IMG/VR virus record: IMGVR_UViG_3300035522_000179
Location: 128,001-192,000 of that record
Source of the DNA: a virus
Lineage: Duplodnaviria > Caudoviricetes
Reading direction: 5' to 3' (one strand)
Length of the DNA: 64,000 nt
The translations under genes were made by a program, and so were the position numbers. Shown here in pieces: positions 59,276 to 64,000 of this stretch. Position 1 is the stretch's first letter, and each line of letters starts with the position of its first letter. The notes under the pieces were generated by a model, which was not told the origin of the DNA, did no database searches, and saw only the letters and a list, made by a program, of their open reading frames with translations.

Positions 59276-60366
59276 ACAGTTAATTCTTCAAGCATCAGTC
59301 GATTTTCAAAATATGCGTGGTTATTATATTCCAAAAGTCCGTTGTTATTCGACCGATCAATCAGTTGCGCTTTGATATCATAGATCTGTTCTAGCGTCAA
59401 ACGAGACACCATTGATTCAATATCCAAACACAAATAATTTGATTCCACATCCGGTTGAAGGTCTTCTGGAAAGATGGTCTTAAGCATATCGATTCCATTG
59501 GTATTCATAGTAAGATCATTGTTTCTCATACCATCTACAATCATTCGAAGAAGTCTACCACTTCCAATGTTTTGAATTCCATCTACACTTCGGTACTGTT
59601 CTCCAAGGGTTGCAAATAATAAAGAGTAATATCCTTTGTTCGAATAGATATTAATCTCTTCACTATAATCCTCATTGCTCTTCCTGATTAAAGAGCGTAA
59701 ATGACCATCTACGGAACAACTGATGGTAGATGCCATAGGACTTCTCCTTATGTAATGGCATAAGAATCCACTGCACATGGAATACTCCGTGTCTACATAT
59801 TCTGAGGTAACCACCAGATTTTTTCTGGAACTATCCACTTGAGAGACAACAAACGGAACGACTGAACTATCAATATTCCGTGATGTAACGAAATAGACTC
59901 CACGAATATTTTCGGTAATCATTTTCACCCTAGGAATAATTTCATTTATTAGTTTCTCCCCCATCAAAGAATACTTTGGATTTTTCAAATACTTCACCAG
60001 ATAATACGAACGAAAATCTGGATTGAATTGTGATTCATTAAATACGGTGGAATTGACGTCTGTCATATACAAAATGACATTAGTATCAAGTCCATCTGCT
60101 CGAAAGAATTTTCGATAATGTGCGGCAAGGTTCACAAGATTCGCCGCAATCATCATAGAAAAGGTATCTCCCGCATTGTAAACCTTTTTATCTACATCCT
60201 TCAAACTCGATAGCAATTTAAGAACAGATTCTACATTGACAAATACGTTGACTTTATCTCCAGGTCGCAAAAAATGAGAATCTTCAATGGTTTGAGCATA
60301 TTGTGCATATCGAATTTTCATGATATTGAAACAAATTGAAAAGGAATCAAAGTCCTGTGGTTCCAT
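59272..60366 (-). CDS. divergent FEN/5'-3' exonuclease (T4 RNase H-like) family protein
   Basis: PIN-like alpha/beta N-terminus and H3TH-like LGEQYRSVDGIQNIG; several expected acidic residues appear replaced; promoter variant AACT-N6-TA at 60396-60407. Confidence 0.5.
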   Translation of the reverse strand: MEPQDFDSFSICFNIMKIRYAQYAQTIEDSHFLRPGDKVNVFVNVESVLKLLSSLKDVDKKVYNAGDTFSMMIAANLVNLAAHYRKFFRADGLDTNVILYMTDVNSTVFNESQFNPDFRSYYLVKYLKNPKYSLMGEKLINEIIPRVKMITENIRGVYFVTSRNIDSSVVPFVVSQVDSSRKNLVVTSEYVDTEYSMCSGFLCHYIRRSPMASTISCSVDGHLRSLIRKSNEDYSEEINIYSNKGYYSLLFATLGEQYRSVDGIQNIGSGRLLRMIVDGMRNNDLTMNTNGIDMLKTIFPEDLQPDVESNYLCLDIESMVSRLTLEQIYDIKAQLIDRSNNNGLLEYNNHAYFENRLMLEELTV

Positions 60367-60466
60367 TTTATTCCTTTCCTTTCTTCATATTTTCTTAACA
60401 AAAAGTTCTTGTGTTGAAAAACGAGTATGGAGTAAACCAAAATGATTTACTCCATACCCTTTTATC

Positions 60467-61180
60467 TTACTGACGATTCAAGCTGCCGCGCAGGATCTTA
60501 GAAAGTTTATCATTAACTCCCTCGTTCCTCTTTCTCTCACGGGGCTTCTTCATCACTCGGTAACTACAATTATCCCGGTCGATCTTCTCATATTCTGCCT
60601 CAACCACATAAGCCGGAGCATGAGTCTTCGGATTAATCTCACTCTGATTTTTCTTCACCATGGTGGAGAATACACGAATCGGGTCAATCAGGAATACCAC
60701 CGTCTTAGAGTTGTGGTCTCCGATTCTCATCATCTTAGGAGAGCACAGTCCTGCAATCTCTCTTGCTGCTGTTGTGCTGATTCCAAGCTTTGCCTTGTAG
60801 TCACTGCTGTTTAAGAATGCTTTCTTATCACCCTTTACATAAACGAAGGAAGATACGGCATCCCAAACCGGCTCCTGCAAATTTGCAAGCTCTCTGTTTT
60901 CATCGTTCTGGAACACTTTCATTACATGGTCTCCAGATTCACTGGTTCTCTTCTTGATTGCTTCCTCAGGAAGAACCGCTACGAAAGGAGCGAACTTCTT
61001 GGAATAAGGCATACTGATCAAAGTGATCTGCACATCTTCGCAATTGCTCCCTTTCTGTCTTGCAGCGTTAATCATCATATTGATTCTTTGCTGCAGAAAA
61101 TCTCTTACATCGTTCGTAGTGAACTTGTAAGTCTCAACAGTTTCAATCGGTGAATATCCGATTCTGTTTGTGTCGCTCAT
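60467..61180 (-). CDS. hypothetical early protein
   Basis: 237 aa, RBS AGGAGG, early motif at 61257. Confidence 0.7.
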   Translation of the reverse strand: MSDTNRIGYSPIETVETYKFTTNDVRDFLQQRINMMINAARQKGSNCEDVQITLISMPYSKKFAPFVAVLPEEAIKKRTSESGDHVMKVFQNDENRELANLQEPVWDAVSSFVYVKGDKKAFLNSSDYKAKLGISTTAAREIAGLCSPKMMRIGDHNSKTVVFLIDPIRVFSTMVKKNQSEINPKTHAPAYVVEAEYEKIDRDNCSYRVMKKPRERKRNEGVNDKLSKILRGSLNRQ

Positions 61181-61256
61181 AGTTTGAGCCCTCCTTTAAT
61201 ATAAATGATATGATACTCAGATAGGAAATTTTTATCCCTCTGCTATATCCAAGTAA

Positions 61257-61264
61257 ATAATATA
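61257..61264 (-). promoter_or_regulatory. putative early promoter TATATTAT
   Basis: Exact motif. Confidence 0.6.
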
Positions 61265-61315
61265 TTGCTCAATCGATTTTTTCGATTACAATCTTGTTAT
61301 GATTGGTATGCTTTT

Positions 61316-62086
61316 TTATTTAAAGAAGGAATGTCCAACCTCATCTGTAAACAGATAAGTTCCATAAAACTCTGTGACAGAGTTTGCTGCAAAGTAAAGT
61401 GCTCCATTGGTGTAATCCGGAGTACTTGCATCCAATGCTTCTTCTACTGCTTCTTTTGTTAAATCCGTAATTTCTACAGTGTAGTATCTTCCATCATTAA
61501 AGGAAGAACTTGCATTTGGATAGGTGAGTGCATCATAGAGATTGTCCACACAACTGAAGGTTTCATCGTTTTCTACACGATTCATAAATACTTGGGCAAC
61601 GCGAATTTTTGCTAGTTTCATTTCTTCTTCATTCACGTTATTTCCTTTGTACTTATACTTTTCTCCAGTGACTTCTGCTTCCACAACTCTTAATAGCACA
61701 TTATAAGTTTCTTCATCGATTTCCATTCGATATGCTACGGTATCTTCTACTTCCTCTTCTGGAATTTCTTCTATAACAGGTTCGAAGATTTCATCTCCCT
61801 GTAATTCCATGAAACTAGGATCTGCCATAATTGCATGATTGTAATACAATTTGTTTGTGACGACAACTACTTCGGAAGTAATTGGTTCACACTCTTCTTC
61901 CGGCGTAATCTCAATAATTTGAGATTTGGTATGCCCAAAGAAATCTGTTATGTTTGAATACGTAGTGAATGCAAAAACGAATGATAACGCAAAAACAAGT
62001 TGTACCATAGATACTCTAAGTAGTACCTCGATTTCATAGATGTCTTTCATGATGTTTCTCGGGTTTCGCATGTATGCGTTGTTCAT
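61316..62086 (-). CDS. membrane-anchored SleB/Hydrolase_2 cell wall hydrolase
   Basis: N-terminal TM; LLRVVEAE, VAQVFMNRV, D.TNGALYF, GHSFFK. Confidence 0.8.
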   Translation of the reverse strand: MNNAYMRNPRNIMKDIYEIEVLLRVSMVQLVFALSFVFAFTTYSNITDFFGHTKSQIIEITPEEECEPITSEVVVVTNKLYYNHAIMADPSFMELQGDEIFEPVIEEIPEEEVEDTVAYRMEIDEETYNVLLRVVEAEVTGEKYKYKGNNVNEEEMKLAKIRVAQVFMNRVENDETFSCVDNLYDALTYPNASSSFNDGRYYTVEITDLTKEAVEEALDASTPDYTNGALYFAANSVTEFYGTYLFTDEVGHSFFK

Positions 62087-62135
62087 GATTTTATGCCTCC
62101 AAATTCATTAATTAAGTATTTTCAGTTCTCTCTTT

Positions 62136-62483
62136 TTAGCTCTCGTCTTTTATCCTCTCGATCGCCGCCATATCACATTTTCTCATCCATATTCTTCCAC
62201 CTTCCGCATGAATATTTGTAATTTTTTTATCATAGATTTCAAAATCAGAGAATAGCTTGTCTTGTGGATGAAGGAAGGATTTATCCAAATTTTGAGATAT
62301 TAATAACGCATCCGCATTAACATATGCACGACGAGATCTAGGACAAGTTTTTGCCCATGCTTCTCGGTAGATTCTATTTTCTTCTAATTGGTATTTGGTT
62401 GCATTTGCTCGATACCCATTTGCCTCTCGAGAGCACCTGATCATATCCAGGAAGGCTTCTACGTCTTCCCCTGTGTATATCAT
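62136..62483 (-). CDS. hypothetical protein
   Basis: 115 aa, ATGA overlap. Confidence 0.6.
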   Translation of the reverse strand: MIYTGEDVEAFLDMIRCSREANGYRANATKYQLEENRIYREAWAKTCPRSRRAYVNADALLISQNLDKSFLHPQDKLFSDFEIYDKKITNIHAEGGRIWMRKCDMAAIERIKDES

Positions 62484-62896
62484 TTCTCTTCTCCCATCAT
62501 TCCATATTGATAATTTCCAATAAAATGCCGAATCGCACTTTCTACACTAAGGACGCTAGTGTAATTAAAAATACTTTCCGTTTTTCTGGTATATGGAACC
62601 ATCTCATATCGGATAAATACCATCGAAGATAAAGATTTGTGGGGTCTACCATCAATATATGGCAACGACATATGCGCAGTCGTAACATAGTGCAATAAAC
62701 TATCATATTCCATTAAACTTGCACGGTTATCAACTATCGCCAAATAACGTTGAGAGTTTTGTATAGCATTCACATCGAGACCCATTGAATGAACATTTGA
62801 AATCTTCTTATTAAATGCCCTCTCACCAATATCATCAATTCGATAAAATTCTTTTAAATCGTGAAGATTCTTAAATATGTTTAAACTTTTATCCAT
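62480..62896 (-). CDS. hypothetical protein
   Basis: 138 aa, RBS AGGAGG. Confidence 0.6.
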   Translation of the reverse strand: MDKSLNIFKNLHDLKEFYRIDDIGERAFNKKISNVHSMGLDVNAIQNSQRYLAIVDNRASLMEYDSLLHYVTTAHMSLPYIDGRPHKSLSSMVFIRYEMVPYTRKTESIFNYTSVLSVESAIRHFIGNYQYGMMGEEK

Positions 62897-62921
62897 AGCA
62901 TTTGTCCTCCTTTCCTTTTAC

Positions 62922-63341
62922 TTAACAGTGTGAACACCATTTTAAAGTGTAAGCGCCATTAACAAGAGTGCTACGACTCATAGAACGATATAAAACCTCT
63001 CCGGAAATAGCTTCTTCTAGTATATCAGAAGAACTGTGTAAGTTACTCGAGTGGCGATTGGTAACCGTTACATATTCACGATGTGTCAATAATGATGAAG
63101 ACCGACTATTACATTCATAATTGTGTATACCCACAACACAAGTAAATTTAAGATAAGGAGACTCAAATGGAGTGCAGTGGTTTCCAATCACCACTGCACG
63201 TTCATCCCAAAGCAATCTGGTATCATCACACTCCGGATTACTATTGATATAAATTTCATTCTTTTCATGATCCCCGATTTCTTGATCATGACCCACAACC
63301 CTATTACAACATTTATTTATTGATATTCTTTCTTGTAACAT
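62922..63341 (-). CDS. hypothetical protein
   Basis: 139 aa, RBS GAGGAG. Confidence 0.6.
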   Translation of the reverse strand: MLQERISINKCCNRVVGHDQEIGDHEKNEIYINSNPECDDTRLLWDERAVVIGNHCTPFESPYLKFTCVVGIHNYECNSRSSSLLTHREYVTVTNRHSSNLHSSSDILEEAISGEVLYRSMSRSTLVNGAYTLKWCSHC

Positions 63342-63392
63342 TATACTCCTCCTCGATTTTATTTTATGCTGATATTATATCCATGCATAGTT

Positions 63393-63749
63393 TCAAACAT
63401 CCATAGTTTCGTAAAAACAACTCTCATTGTTTATTTTTCTTATACTTTCTCTTCTTTCAAATGCATTCCAAGGGACTATGTCAAGCCACTTGTATTGTGT
63501 AGGGGTATTGTACGGCTTACTATAGAAAATAGGGGTACCTCTTTCTTCTCCATAATTAAAATTCATCTTTACCCTAACGACTTCACCGTATTTATCAACT
63601 TCTTCAATCATAGATGTAAATACATTCGTTGTATTATATTCATTTATAGGATACTCACTTGTTCCTATAAGATTACAACTTATATAATCACCACAACGCC
63701 TGTTATAGGTTGCAATGATTTGATGTACGGGTTCATAAGATTTATCCAT
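63393..63749 (-). CDS. hypothetical protein
   Basis: 118 aa, RBS GAGG. Confidence 0.6.
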   Translation of the reverse strand: MDKSYEPVHQIIATYNRRCGDYISCNLIGTSEYPINEYNTTNVFTSMIEEVDKYGEVVRVKMNFNYGEERGTPIFYSKPYNTPTQYKWLDIVPWNAFERRESIRKINNESCFYETMDV

Positions 63750-63796
63750 TGATTATCCTCTTTCTAACTTTATCTTACTTACACAAACTCAATAAA

Positions 63797-63804
63797 ATAA
63801 TATA
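63797..63804 (-). promoter_or_regulatory. putative early promoter TATATTAT
   Basis: Exact motif. Confidence 0.6.
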
Positions 63805-63838
63805 TCGATATTTGAAAAATCTGAATTTCCGTATTTAA

Positions 63839-63850
63839 AACAATCCTTTA
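63839..63850 (+). promoter_or_regulatory. putative late promoter AACA-ATCCTT-TA
   Basis: Exact motif. Confidence 0.65.
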
Positions 63851-63909
63851 ATGCAATGAATTCAATTTATTGAAATAAAATAACTATTTGAAAGTGAGGA
63901 TAAAAGACT

Positions 63910-64000
63910 ATGTATAAATTGGTCATGAACGACTCTACTACTTATGCATTGGCTTCGTTGCCCTATGAGGATACAATCACAAAGAAGGGTGTACAAAAGA
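63910..64000 (+). CDS. late gene, 5' fragment (MYKLVMNDSTTYALASLPYEDT...)
   Basis: RBS GAGGA, open to the window end. Confidence 0.55.
   Translation, partial: MYKLVMNDSTTYALASLPYEDTITKKGVQK

Noticed and set aside
1-64000. CRISPR array, tRNA or rRNA genes
   Set aside because: No regularly spaced repeat-spacer units or cloverleaf-like sequences seen by eye; intergenic gaps are short and explained by terminators and promoters. tRNAscan was not run.
1-64000. Stop-codon reassignment (as in some gut jumbo phages)
   Set aside because: Core genes are full length in the standard code, and TAA, TAG and TGA all end genes
1-64000. Chimallin/PhuZ nucleus-forming machinery, RNAP beta-prime subunits, major capsid protein, prohead protease
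   Set aside because: None recognised in this window (no DxDGD or tubulin signature seen); they may lie elsewhere or among the hypothetical ORFs

Overview
This AT-rich window comes from a jumbo phage of the phiKZ/AR9-like (multisubunit-RNAP-encoding) lineage. The host is probably an anaerobic Firmicute (class III RNR, GH25 lysin, SleB-like hydrolase, Firmicute-type RBSs). Core genes: a family B DNA polymerase split into two genes about 40 kb apart, one unsplit 1633-aa RNAP beta subunit (probably virion RNAP), and a second beta split into N and C halves (probably non-virion RNAP). The N half is interrupted by a 448-nt ORF-less group I intron. Also present: NrdD with two inteins, NAD-dependent ligase, UvsX, UvsW-like and Dda-like helicases, holin/endolysin, two paralogous tail-fibre-like genes and an expanded early paralogue array. 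Two phage promoter classes can be read directly from the intergenic DNA: TATATTAT (early-type, all on the minus strand) and RACA-N6-TA (AR9-like late type, 16 exact copies). The most striking unexplained structure is a set of late proteins with unrelated middles, a short acidic N-terminal leader ending in E-[S/A/G], and (in four) a conserved ~31-aa C-terminal tag. A 986-aa multi-domain protein has its domains separated by similar Glu sites. Together these suggest a modular capsid-loading system for injected effectors. All functional calls come from motif recognition by eye; no database searches were run.
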